From NCBI GenBank assembly GCA_963815305.1, contig CAWFFW010000002.1, forward strand, positions 506,279 to 570,278: a stretch of DNA of 64,000 bases. Reading direction: 5' to 3'. This DNA comes from an uncultured Flavobacteriaceae bacterium (GTDB lineage: Bacteria; Bacteroidota; Bacteroidia; Flavobacteriales; Flavobacteriaceae). Below are positions 1-8,984 of this stretch, piece after piece. The number at the start of each line of letters is the position of its first letter. Within the stretch, counting starts at the first letter, position 1. The position numbers and the translations under genes were made by a program. The notes beneath the pieces were generated by a model, which had not been told where the DNA came from, did not search any database, and saw only the letters and a program-made list of their open reading frames with translations.

Positions 1-1004
1 TTAGCAATATTTTCGGCCTCAATAACTACTTTTCCTGGTATTACTGATACAGGGAAATTAAGCGTCATCACACTATTATCATCTTCATCTACCTCAATTC
101 TATCAATTTTGTCGAGCTTTTTCATTAGCGATTGCGCCATGGTAGCTTTTGATGCTTTAGCTCTAAACTTTTCAATAAGTTTTTCAGTTTGCTCAATTTG
201 CTTTTGCTGATTTTTTTGAGACGCTAGTTGTTGTGTTCTTAATTCCTCACGAAGCACCAAATATTTTGTGTATGGTTTAGGATAATCGTAAATACGACCT
301 AATGAAATTTCAATGGTTCTATTGGTGACATTATCTAAAAACATTTTATCGTGAGATACTATGGCTACTGCCCCAGGATAGTTTTTTAAAAATCCTTCCA
401 ACCAGATAATAGATTCAATATCCAAATGGTTTGTTGGTTCATCTAAAAGCAGAATATCATTATTTTGCAGTAATAATTTTGCTAACTCAATACGCATTCG
501 CCATCCACCAGAAAAAGTATCTGTTAGTTTATAGAAATCTTCGCGTTTAAAACCTAGGCCTTGAAGAATTTTTTCGGTATCGCCTTGATAATTATAACCA
601 CCTATAATTTCATATTGATGTTGAAGTTCGTTAATATCAACCATAAGTTGATGATAAACTTCGCTTTCATAATCGGTACGTTCGGCCAGTTGCGTATTAA
701 CCATGTCCATTTTAGCCTCCAACGCCTTAATTTCTGTAAATGCTTCGTAAGATTCATCTAAAACAGTTCTTCCTAAAACAAAATCGATGTCTTGTTTTAA
801 AAATCCAATTTTAAGTTCTTTATCAGCTGCAATTTGCCCCGTATCGGGCTCCATTTCTTTAGATAATATTTTAAGCATGGTAGATTTTCCTGCTCCGTTT
901 TTACCGATAAGACCAATTCTGTCTCCATTACCCAGCTTGAACGTAATATCTTCAAACAGATATTCTCCTTGAAAAGAAATCGATAAATTGTGAATGTTCA
1001 TCAT
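1..1004 (-). CDS. ABC-F family ATP-binding cassette protein, N-terminal part (gene runs off the window start)
   Basis: Reverse translation from ATG at 1004 reads MMNIHNLSISFQGEYLFEDITFKLGNGDRIGLIGKNGAGKST (Walker A). It continues to FSGGWRMRIELAKLLLQNNDILLLDEPTNHLD (ABC signature plus Walker B). The frame is open to position 1. Confidence 0.9.
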   Translation of the reverse strand, partial: MMNIHNLSISFQGEYLFEDITFKLGNGDRIGLIGKNGAGKSTMLKILSKEMEPDTGQIAADKELKIGFLKQDIDFVLGRTVLDESYEAFTEIKALEAKMDMVNTQLAERTDYESEVYHQLMVDINELQHQYEIIGGYNYQGDTEKILQGLGFKREDFYKLTDTFSGGWRMRIELAKLLLQNNDILLLDEPTNHLDIESIIWLEGFLKNYPGAVAIVSHDKMFLDNVTNRTIEISLGRIYDYPKPYTKYLVLREELRTQQLASQKNQQKQIEQTEKLIEKFRAKASKATMAQSLMKKLDKIDRIEVDEDDNSVMTLNFPVSVIPGKVVIEAENIA

Positions 1005-1089
1005 AGAAATGTAACTTTTATTACTTTGGCATTAGCATTTATAACGTATTTTTGTTTTGCAAATGCGGTTGCAAAAATACACAATTATT

Positions 1090-1473
1090 ATGTTTAAAAA
1101 AGGAACAAAATTATATAGTATTTTAACTGGCTATTGTCCGAAATGTCATGAAGAATCTATGTTTAAAAACAAAAACCCTTATGTGCTTTCTGAGGCTTTA
1201 AGCATGCACGAAACATGCAGTAATTGTGGTCTAAAATACAAAATGGAGCCTTCATTTTTTTATGGTGCCATGTATGTAAGTTATGGGGTAGGTATTGCGT
1301 TTGCAGTTGCTGCATTTGTAATTTCCTATTTGGTATTTAAGGCTAGTATTCATATTATTTTTATATCTATAGTAGGCACATTAATTCTATTTATGCCTAT
1401 TATAATGCGACTTTCAAGAAACATATGGATCAATTTATTTATTCATTACGATAAAAATTTGGCTAAAAAATAA
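1090..1473 (+). CDS. DUF983-like small membrane protein with zinc ribbon
   Basis: Has CPKC...CSNC cysteine pairs followed by two hydrophobic helices. The track ORF starts at TTG 1057. The first ATG (1090, MFKKGTKLY) lies downstream of a TAnnTTTG-type box at 1047-1054. Confidence 0.7.
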   Translation: MFKKGTKLYSILTGYCPKCHEESMFKNKNPYVLSEALSMHETCSNCGLKYKMEPSFFYGAMYVSYGVGIAFAVAAFVISYLVFKASIHIIFISIVGTLILFMPIIMRLSRNIWINLFIHYDKNLAKK

Positions 1474-1482
1474 GATTTTTTA

Positions 1483-1640
1483 TTGGGCGTTACCACAAGG
1501 GTCAGGCTTTCCGCTATATCTTTCTTGCGCTAAACGTGTTTCAGTTTCCCATCAAATGTTTTACATAATTTTAAAAATATATTTCAAATCAAAATTATAG
1601 TGACGCACAAAAAAGGATGCTGCTGCAATCCTTAACGCAA
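1483..1640 (+). repeat. Copy 1 of a four-copy ~157-bp intergenic element (conserved termini, variable AT-rich core)
   Basis: Left end is TTGGGCGTTACCACAAGGGTCAGGCTTTCCGCTATATCTTTCTTGCG. Right end is CGCACAAAAAAGGATGCTGCTGCAATCCTTAACGCAAA. The same ends occur at 26286-26444 and, inverted, at 31809-31963 and 47902-48058. Confidence 0.85.
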
Positions 1641-1666
1641 ACCAAAAGGTTCCGAAAAAAGCGATG

Positions 1667-2713
1667 TCACAACTTAAAACGTTGAATATCAATATCAAGT
1701 TCCAAAGGTGTTTTATGTTCAACAAAATCATATAGCTGCTTAGCAACATAAGGTCCAATCATAACACCACGGGAGCCCAACCCATTTAGCACAAACATAT
1801 TTTTGTGCGTTTTATGTTGCCCAACTAAAGGCCTTCTATCTTTAACGGTAGGGCGTATTCCTGCCCTTTGATTAACAACCTTGTAAGGACAATGAATAAC
1901 CTTATCTAACTTGTTTAAAAGGTATTCTTTTGCTTTTTTTGTAAGCGCATGGGTTTTATCTTCCCAATCATAAGTGGCACCAACAATATATAAATCATCT
2001 TCAATTGGAATTAAAAAAATACCTGCTTTTAAAACATAGTCTATATTTAAATCTGGTGCATGAATTATAATTAATTCCCCTTTTGTTGGTACTAAAGGCA
2101 AGTTATTAAAAAAAGGATTCTTTACCACACCAAATCCTTCTGCAAATACGATATATTTAAACGTGATATCTTTATAGTGAATTGGTTTTTCTTCAGCTTT
2201 TAAAGCTTCGTAATTAAAAGCCTCTTCTATAAATTGATTGTTTTCTAATAAATGTGCTTTATAAAATTCAATTAATGTTTTTACATCAATGCGTCCTGTT
2301 TGTAAAACCTCACCAAAACCAAAAGGTGCATTAATACAAGGGTTTCTGTTTTTTATAATTTTGGTTGACAAGTACTCGGAAAGATTTGGTTTATCTGAGG
2401 CGGTATACCAATCATTCTGTTCTTCCAGCGATGCAAATTTTCGATATATCGGAATTTTATAATCTAATTTTACACCCAGTTTATCTTCTAAATGCTTATA
2501 AATTGGTAAAGCAATATCTAATTGTTCTTTACTTTTCCAAACCGATGTAAATCGTTTTAAAACCACTGGGTTATATAAACCACTTGCAACAGTTGATGAT
2601 AGCTGTGAGGCGTTATCAAACACCATAAAGCTTTTATTATTAGTCTTTAATTGTTCACAAAAACTAATACCTGCTAATCCAATACCAACTACGAGATAAT
2701 CTACGTGCACCAT
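1667..2713 (-). CDS. FAD-dependent oxidoreductase (DAO-like)
   Basis: 348-aa ORF with an N-terminal dinucleotide-binding fold, DYLVVGIGLAGISF. Confidence 0.75.
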   Translation of the reverse strand: MVHVDYLVVGIGLAGISFCEQLKTNNKSFMVFDNASQLSSTVASGLYNPVVLKRFTSVWKSKEQLDIALPIYKHLEDKLGVKLDYKIPIYRKFASLEEQNDWYTASDKPNLSEYLSTKIIKNRNPCINAPFGFGEVLQTGRIDVKTLIEFYKAHLLENNQFIEEAFNYEALKAEEKPIHYKDITFKYIVFAEGFGVVKNPFFNNLPLVPTKGELIIIHAPDLNIDYVLKAGIFLIPIEDDLYIVGATYDWEDKTHALTKKAKEYLLNKLDKVIHCPYKVVNQRAGIRPTVKDRRPLVGQHKTHKNMFVLNGLGSRGVMIGPYVAKQLYDFVEHKTPLELDIDIQRFKL

Positions 2714-2789
2714 GTTGCGAAGATATATTTTTTAAGCCTTCCCTCCTACGTACACCAACGGTTAAAAGTGAAGGATTTATATCATACAA

Positions 2790-2817
2790 AAGCGCTCACT
2801 TAAAAAAGTGAGCGCTT
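2790..2817 (-). terminator. Rho-independent terminator candidate downstream of gldN
   Basis: Perfect 11-bp stem AAGCGCTCACT / AGTGAGCGCTT with a 6-nt loop. On the minus strand it is followed by TTTGTAT. Confidence 0.6.
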
Positions 2818-2843
2818 AATATTAGTTTTAAAATTTTGTGAAA

Positions 2844-3746
2844 CTAGTATGTCCACATATCTAATTCAAAATCTCTGATTTTGTCTTTTATTCGTTCAGA
2901 CTCTAGCAATTGCATCAATGCATTTTCAGATACATATTCAGTAACTGCTCTGTCGCCTTGCACATTTTCTTCTTTGAAGATATATCCTTGAAAACGTCTA
3001 GAGTTTAAAAAGTGATCGAAAGAGAATGGCATCGAACTGTTTTCATTATTAAATGCTTTAGATTGATGTAAAACCTCTCTAGCATCAGGAAAGAATATCC
3101 AAAATAAAGGCACTAAATCTGGGTTTTCACTACCAATAAAGTTTACATCGGGTGCTACTGGAGCAATTCCAATTAGTCGGTATTTCATTTCAGATTGTCG
3201 CTTATCAAAATACCAAAGACCTCTAACGTGATATTCTCTGATATCTGCAGAAGAAATATCATATCTATCAATGTACTCATCAGATAATGTTTCCCCTGCG
3301 TTTAATTGTTCAATACCCATTTCGGTAGTATCAATTTTACTTAAAGAGGCTTCAATATCTTTCAACGTTCTTTTTGTTGTAAAATAAGAATCATCGTAGA
3401 TATTTTTTATTTTCCCGTTTTTGATGTTCTTCATAAGCACATCGTACAATGAACGTCTATCGCTACCTATATTGTTGGTATCAACAGGATAATATAACGG
3501 AAAGTTTGCGCGCTCGTCAAGAACTATTTTTTCCCAAACTGTTTTTGAGAAAAGAATATCTCTATCATCAACGTAACCATATTCTAATGGTTTATCGTTA
3601 TCTACTGCAACTTGCGCCGCTGTTCTAACCCCAATTTCATCAGGGCTTTTAGCATTTAATATATTTGCTTGTGCAAACACACCAGACACTGTAAAAACAG
3701 TTGTAACGGTTAATAAAAAACTTTTTAAATTCATCTTATTATACAT
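2844..3746 (-). CDS. gldN: Gliding motility / T9SS protein GldN (PorN family)
   Basis: 300-aa secreted protein (signal ...VSGVFAQA). It is the last gene of a tight co-directional K-L-M-N array. Confidence 0.85.
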   Translation of the reverse strand: MYNKMNLKSFLLTVTTVFTVSGVFAQANILNAKSPDEIGVRTAAQVAVDNDKPLEYGYVDDRDILFSKTVWEKIVLDERANFPLYYPVDTNNIGSDRRSLYDVLMKNIKNGKIKNIYDDSYFTTKRTLKDIEASLSKIDTTEMGIEQLNAGETLSDEYIDRYDISSADIREYHVRGLWYFDKRQSEMKYRLIGIAPVAPDVNFIGSENPDLVPLFWIFFPDAREVLHQSKAFNNENSSMPFSFDHFLNSRRFQGYIFKEENVQGDRAVTEYVSENALMQLLESERIKDKIRDFELDMWTY

Positions 3747-3789
3747 TTTAATATCTATAAAGAATTAACGTTGTGCTAATCCAAATATT

Positions 3790-5352
3790 TTAATTTGTAA
3801 GCTCAATAATTATTGGTGATACTTTTTTAAGTATAACACTAACACCACTAGCTTTAGCTTCAATATCAAATATGGTAACATCTGATCCTCGCTTAGCCTT
3901 ACGTAACGCGCCTTTAGCTCTATCATCTAACTTACTTCCATTAACCTCTATGGTAGGTTGTCCTGGAACTTTAAATTTAAATCCTGTAACACGTAACGGT
4001 AATTCAAAATCAAAATCATCAAACTTAGCACCAATGGTAGATATCTCTAAGCTATTACGTTGCATTTTTACAGCGCCGTCTTCACCTCTAACCGTACCTG
4101 TTGGTTTTGGTAAATCTTTAATTCTAAATGTTGCTTTATCACCCACGGGCTTTCCATCAGGTAGTTTACCAGTAACATTAATAGTAACTTCTCTACCTTT
4201 AATAGATGTCGCATCCATAATATACTTGCTACCACCAGCACTTGATAAACCTTGTGCACTTGCGTTAACTTTATTATCAGGTATACCAGCAAATGAAATA
4301 GTCATTGGGTTTTTTACACCTCTATAAACCACATTCATTTTATCTGCAGAAATTGTTGCAGAGTTTGGTTTCGCAACCGTAGCAAACGATGAATTTACTG
4401 GCACTTGTAATTCCTCGCCATCTTGAGCGAAAATTAAATTACCTTCAATTTTATGTTCACCAACGCCGCCTGTACCAATTTTCAACTTTACTTTACCATC
4501 TTCGATAGAATACTGATCTTCAGTAAGCTTTCTACCATCTAAAGTCAATTCAACTCTTGTTGGCTTAGTAGATGCATCTTTACGTCCTAATACAATCTGT
4601 CCATCAAATTGCTCACCATTAAAGTAAGCCGATTTTGAGGTTTCCATTAATGTTGTATAATTAGTCATAGATACCTCACTGGCAAGTGTACCAGCAAGCA
4701 TGTTAGATAAAACTTGAGACTCCGTAGTTTTAATATCCGATTGTAATTGCGTCATTTTGGTTAAAGACGCTACTAAAGGAAATCCTTTATAATGATAATC
4801 CAACCAGTCAACTTTAATACCGTCTCTGTTTGTAACTTCATCAGTACTAAATTTTTCTTTGACTTCTTTAATTACAGATTCCATACCGCTTTCGCCTGCT
4901 AAAACCTTAGCAACACCTTCTCTAAAGCCTTCCATATGAGCTAAAAACTTTTTGCCTTCTTCATCTACTTTCCCTCCTTTAAAGAAATGCTCATCTAAAT
5001 AATCGCCTTTATCCATGATCTCATAATCTGTAGGATCGTCAATCTTGGCGGTCATTTTACTTTTCAAATCTGCTAAGTAAGCATCAAAATCATGAGCTAG
5101 CTTATCAATTTGGCCTGCTTTTGCTTTTAACCGTTCATACTTTTCAGGTTGATCTTCTGCTTTTACATCTAAACTTGCAACAAAACTAGCATTTCTAGCC
5201 TCTGTTGCTTCGTTAGATTCTACTAACTTTTCATTCATTAATCCGAAGGCTGAAAGCACTTCTTTCGACATATTTAACGCTAGCATCGCTATGAATATTA
5301 AATACATCAGATTAATCATCTTCTGTCTTGGTGATAAATTATTTCCTGCCAT
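3790..5352 (-). CDS. gldM: Gliding motility / T9SS protein GldM (PorM family)
   Basis: 520 aa. Conserved N-terminus MAGNNLSPRQKMINLMYLIFIAMLALN with a single TM helix, then a long periplasmic region. Confidence 0.9.
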   Translation of the reverse strand: MAGNNLSPRQKMINLMYLIFIAMLALNMSKEVLSAFGLMNEKLVESNEATEARNASFVASLDVKAEDQPEKYERLKAKAGQIDKLAHDFDAYLADLKSKMTAKIDDPTDYEIMDKGDYLDEHFFKGGKVDEEGKKFLAHMEGFREGVAKVLAGESGMESVIKEVKEKFSTDEVTNRDGIKVDWLDYHYKGFPLVASLTKMTQLQSDIKTTESQVLSNMLAGTLASEVSMTNYTTLMETSKSAYFNGEQFDGQIVLGRKDASTKPTRVELTLDGRKLTEDQYSIEDGKVKLKIGTGGVGEHKIEGNLIFAQDGEELQVPVNSSFATVAKPNSATISADKMNVVYRGVKNPMTISFAGIPDNKVNASAQGLSSAGGSKYIMDATSIKGREVTINVTGKLPDGKPVGDKATFRIKDLPKPTGTVRGEDGAVKMQRNSLEISTIGAKFDDFDFELPLRVTGFKFKVPGQPTIEVNGSKLDDRAKGALRKAKRGSDVTIFDIEAKASGVSVILKKVSPIIIELTN

Positions 5353-5399
5353 TTCTAATTAGGTTTTTGGTTAATATTAAATTTGGGATTAACCCCTAA

Positions 5400-6038
5400 C
5401 TAGTTTTTGTTCATTGCAGACAACATACCGCCATACACACCGTTTAATGATGATAAATTAGATGCTAAAGATTGCATTTGCTCTTTTAATTTTGAAGCAT
5501 TTTCAACAGATTCTTCATTAATAGACGCTTGTTTATTAGCACTTTCTAATTGTACTTTGTATAAGCTATTTAATGATTCCATTTGTGCAGCAGCTAATGA
5601 TAATTCTTCACCATATTTTTTACTTGCTTCAATAGAATCTACCGTTGATGACATATTTTTAGCAGCACCCTCAAAGTTTTTGATGCTATCGCCTAAACTT
5701 GCAATAAGTTCGCCGTCAATTTTTGCTTCTTTTAATAAATTATCTAATTTTTTAGATAATAATCCTTGAGCGTCTTCTTTTCCATCTCTCGATACTGATT
5801 GACCACCAGCTAATTCTGGATATACTAAAGACCAATCTAATTCATCATCAACAGGTTCGAACGCTGATAATGCAAATATAATTGCCTCGGTTACTAAACC
5901 AATAGTTAACATAACGTTACCTGTTAGTGGTCCAATTTCGAAGTGAATAATTTTGAATAGTGCTCCAACGATTACAATTGCTGCTCCTAATCCATAAGCC
6001 ATGTTCATGAACTTTTTACTTGCTTTTGACTTTGCCAT
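5400..6038 (-). CDS. gldL: Gliding motility / T9SS protein GldL (PorL family)
   Basis: 212 aa with two N-terminal TM helices (YGLGAAIVIVGALFKI..., MLTIGLVTEAIIFALSAFE) and a coiled-coil tail. Confidence 0.9.
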   Translation of the reverse strand: MAKSKASKKFMNMAYGLGAAIVIVGALFKIIHFEIGPLTGNVMLTIGLVTEAIIFALSAFEPVDDELDWSLVYPELAGGQSVSRDGKEDAQGLLSKKLDNLLKEAKIDGELIASLGDSIKNFEGAAKNMSSTVDSIEASKKYGEELSLAAAQMESLNSLYKVQLESANKQASINEESVENASKLKEQMQSLASNLSSLNGVYGGMLSAMNKN

Positions 6039-6116
6039 AATTTTCGGTTTTTAATTTAAGTGAAATACTTAAGTAGGTTAATTAATAGTATTTATTATTA
6101 TTGATTTGATTAAAAT

Positions 6117-7484
6117 TTATTTCCCGTTTTTCGTTACTGCTGTCCCCATATAATCTTGAACGGTTCTGAATCCTATAAAACTTCTTGCAGAGTCTGCATA
6201 TTCGTAATCTCTAGAACTTACTTGTAAAAAGTATGCCACATCTTTCCATGATCCGCCTCTAACCACTTTACGTTTATTATTTGCATCATTTACACTTGGG
6301 TTTATAGTTGATGTATACTCATAAGAGTTAGGATCGTAAGATGCATTTACCCATTCTGAAACATTACCCGCCATGTTATATAAATTATAATCATTTGGCT
6401 CGTAAGACTTAGCTTCAACAGTGTATAGTGCTTGATCAGCAGCATAATCACCTCTTACAGGTTTAAAGTTTGCCATAAAACAACCTCTATCACTTTTTGT
6501 GTAAGGACCTCCCCAAGGATATGTTGCTGCTTGAAGACCGCCTCTGGCAGCATACTCCCATTCAGCTTCAGATGGCAATCTAAACGTATTTACCAAAGCA
6601 GCGCCTTTTTTAGATTTTTGATAACTATTTTTCTTAATAGTTCGCCACTCACAAAACGCTTTGGCTTGTTTCCAAGATACCCCTACTACAGGATATTCGC
6701 TGTATGCATCATGCCAGAAATAATCGTTATGCATAGGCTCGTTATAAGAATAAGCAAAATCTCTAATCCAAACTGTAGTATCAGGGTAAATTTCAATTTC
6801 CTCTTTCTTTATAGCATCTTTTCTAGATATATTTCTATTTTTTGCTGCTTCTTGTATGTCCATATAATTGTACTGAAACTTGAATTTTTTCACATCCCAT
6901 GTACGTTGTCCATTGTAAGAATCCTCTAAAGGCAAATACATAGTATCCATTACCTCAGCATAGTACTCATCTGGATAATCTGCTGTATCGTAAATTAATT
7001 CAATATCATTATTAATTTTTCTACCTTCATAACCTGTTGGTCCTAATCCCGTATAGTTTTCGAACATATACTTTTCATAAACAGACATGTTAGCTGTATC
7101 TGCATCCTTAAATGCATACTCACCAATACCTCCATCTTCTGGGACTTTACCAACTTCATCAGCCAAAACAGCTAATTTCATTCGTACTATAGAATCTCTT
7201 ACCCAATTTACGAACATACGATATTCGCTGTTTGTAATCTCAGTGGCATCCATATAAAAGGCTCTAACTGTTGCTGTTTTAGCGGGCGCATCATTAATGC
7301 CTGCTAAATCGTCATCAGCTTTACCCATTATAAACGCGCCACCTGGAATAAGTTCCATTCCATATGGCTTTTCAGGATGCCATTTCTTTCCTTGAACACC
7401 AACAAGCTCTCCTCTATCTTTAGAGCCACAACTTGATAGTATTGCTAATACTGCGGTTAATAAAATAAACTTCTTCATATCCAT
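6117..7484 (-). CDS. gldK: Gliding motility / T9SS lipoprotein GldK (PorK family, SUMF1/FGE-like fold)
   Basis: Lipoprotein signal LAILSSCGS. FGE-sulfatase-type motifs: RLPSEAEWEYAARGG, RGGSW, GFRTV. Confidence 0.9.
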   Translation of the reverse strand: MDMKKFILLTAVLAILSSCGSKDRGELVGVQGKKWHPEKPYGMELIPGGAFIMGKADDDLAGINDAPAKTATVRAFYMDATEITNSEYRMFVNWVRDSIVRMKLAVLADEVGKVPEDGGIGEYAFKDADTANMSVYEKYMFENYTGLGPTGYEGRKINNDIELIYDTADYPDEYYAEVMDTMYLPLEDSYNGQRTWDVKKFKFQYNYMDIQEAAKNRNISRKDAIKKEEIEIYPDTTVWIRDFAYSYNEPMHNDYFWHDAYSEYPVVGVSWKQAKAFCEWRTIKKNSYQKSKKGAALVNTFRLPSEAEWEYAARGGLQAATYPWGGPYTKSDRGCFMANFKPVRGDYAADQALYTVEAKSYEPNDYNLYNMAGNVSEWVNASYDPNSYEYTSTINPSVNDANNKRKVVRGGSWKDVAYFLQVSSRDYEYADSARSFIGFRTVQDYMGTAVTKNGK

Positions 7485-7639
7485 AGAAAACTCGAGGTTA
7501 ATTATTTATGCTTTATTTTGAGAGCGTAAACATATTTATATATTTTCAAAAAAACAACTATTTAACGAAAAAAAGAACGTTTCATCGTAAAAAAATAGCA
7601 TTTCAACGACAAAATGAGCATTTAAGCGCATTATACCTA

Positions 7640-8806
7640 CTATATACAGTTCTTTTGAAAAGCCTTGTACCAGCGTTCTGGCACTTTATTATTACAAGCA
7701 TCTAGATAATCTTGATGCATGCAAGGTAATAACGTATGTCTTTTTAATTTATTATTGACTTCAGATAAAAAAGGAATCTCGATCCACCATCGTCCTGTTT
7801 TATTACTCTTATAAAACACTAATTCTTCAGCATCCACCAAAGTGATAAACTTTTGATAGTTTTTATCGTCTGTAAAATCATCATCTTTCACCCTGTAATT
7901 AACACCCTCTATAAAATACCAAAGCATTTGGGAAACTAACATGGATGTTAATTCATCATCTTTTGATGGCTTGTATTCATAAATTCCAAATGAGCTTACT
8001 TTATTACTGATACCTGCATAACGCGCAATAGCACAAATTTCTTTCCCATCTAATCCGTTTGGTGAATACTTTTGATTTGAACCCACCTCAGCGCCTTTTA
8101 CTGCATTTAAATCAATACTAACAATATTGGCATCTCTTAATACAGGCTCTACAACAGTAATATCCTTTGAAACCATTCCTAACCTATAGGATTCAAAATA
8201 TAAACTATCCATCAAATCAATTTCTTCTTGGGCATTAAAATAAGTTTGATAGCCTATAGTGGCATAATTAAATAGGTTATAAGGCTGATCTAAAATTATT
8301 TTACCAACAAAACTATCGTTCTTTATAGGTTTAGAAGAATCTCCCAAATTAAATTTGCAATCTATATTCACAATGTTAATCATTGGAATCAAATTGTCGT
8401 ATGCTCTATAATTTGCGTAAGTTAAATCTTGCGTTCCTCCTAATATTATAGGAATGATATTTTTTTTTACTAATAGATTTATGGCTGTTTTTAATGCAAA
8501 ATAAGTATCTTCAATAGTTTCTCCTTTATTAATATCTCCTAAATCAGCAATGGTAACATTCCAACTACCAGGAAAAAGACCGTAAAAAGATTTTCTAATT
8601 TCATTTAATTGAAATTCTTCTCCTATATAATTAATGTCGTTTCTATTTTCTAGAACACCAATTATAACCATATTTACATCATCTAAATCTGGAATTCCGT
8701 TTTGATTTGAGTGTATTTTAAGCTTTCTCCCTATGGCTTGCATAGAAAGTAACTCGTTATGTGCCAAAACTAAGTCTGAAACTGGAGATAGAAAATTAAA
8801 GTTCAT
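7640..8806 (-). CDS. Arginase/formiminoglutamase-fold protein, probably catalytically inactive, with a C-terminal extension
   Basis: Blocks align by eye to the ureohydrolase motifs, but the ligands differ: ILGGTQD (versus GGDHS/GGGHE), NIDCKFN (versus DAHxD) and SIDLNAV (versus SxDxD). Confidence 0.6.
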   Translation of the reverse strand: MNFNFLSPVSDLVLAHNELLSMQAIGRKLKIHSNQNGIPDLDDVNMVIIGVLENRNDINYIGEEFQLNEIRKSFYGLFPGSWNVTIADLGDINKGETIEDTYFALKTAINLLVKKNIIPIILGGTQDLTYANYRAYDNLIPMINIVNIDCKFNLGDSSKPIKNDSFVGKIILDQPYNLFNYATIGYQTYFNAQEEIDLMDSLYFESYRLGMVSKDITVVEPVLRDANIVSIDLNAVKGAEVGSNQKYSPNGLDGKEICAIARYAGISNKVSSFGIYEYKPSKDDELTSMLVSQMLWYFIEGVNYRVKDDDFTDDKNYQKFITLVDAEELVFYKSNKTGRWWIEIPFLSEVNNKLKRHTLLPCMHQDYLDACNNKVPERWYKAFQKNCI

Positions 8807-8984
8807 CTATAATACAGCGATAATTGATATTTTGTTTTTAAATTTTGATTAAACACAAATATCAATAGAATAAATGAGTTTTTTATTACCTTTTTGTTAA
8901 AAATAATCGATGAAATGCAATTATTTACCAAAATGTAGACTTAAAGTTTATCAAATATCTAATAAAATATTATTTATTAAATAT

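Noticed and set aside
3872-4327. 151-aa plus-strand ORF antisense to gldM. Similar long antisense ORFs occur at 6432-6929 (versus gldK), 18927-19511 (versus secG and the upstream gene) and 20615-21016 (versus groEL).
   Set aside because: Each lies wholly inside a well-supported conserved gene on the other strand. Their low-complexity Ser/Pro/Leu-rich translations have no motifs, which is typical of shadow ORFs.
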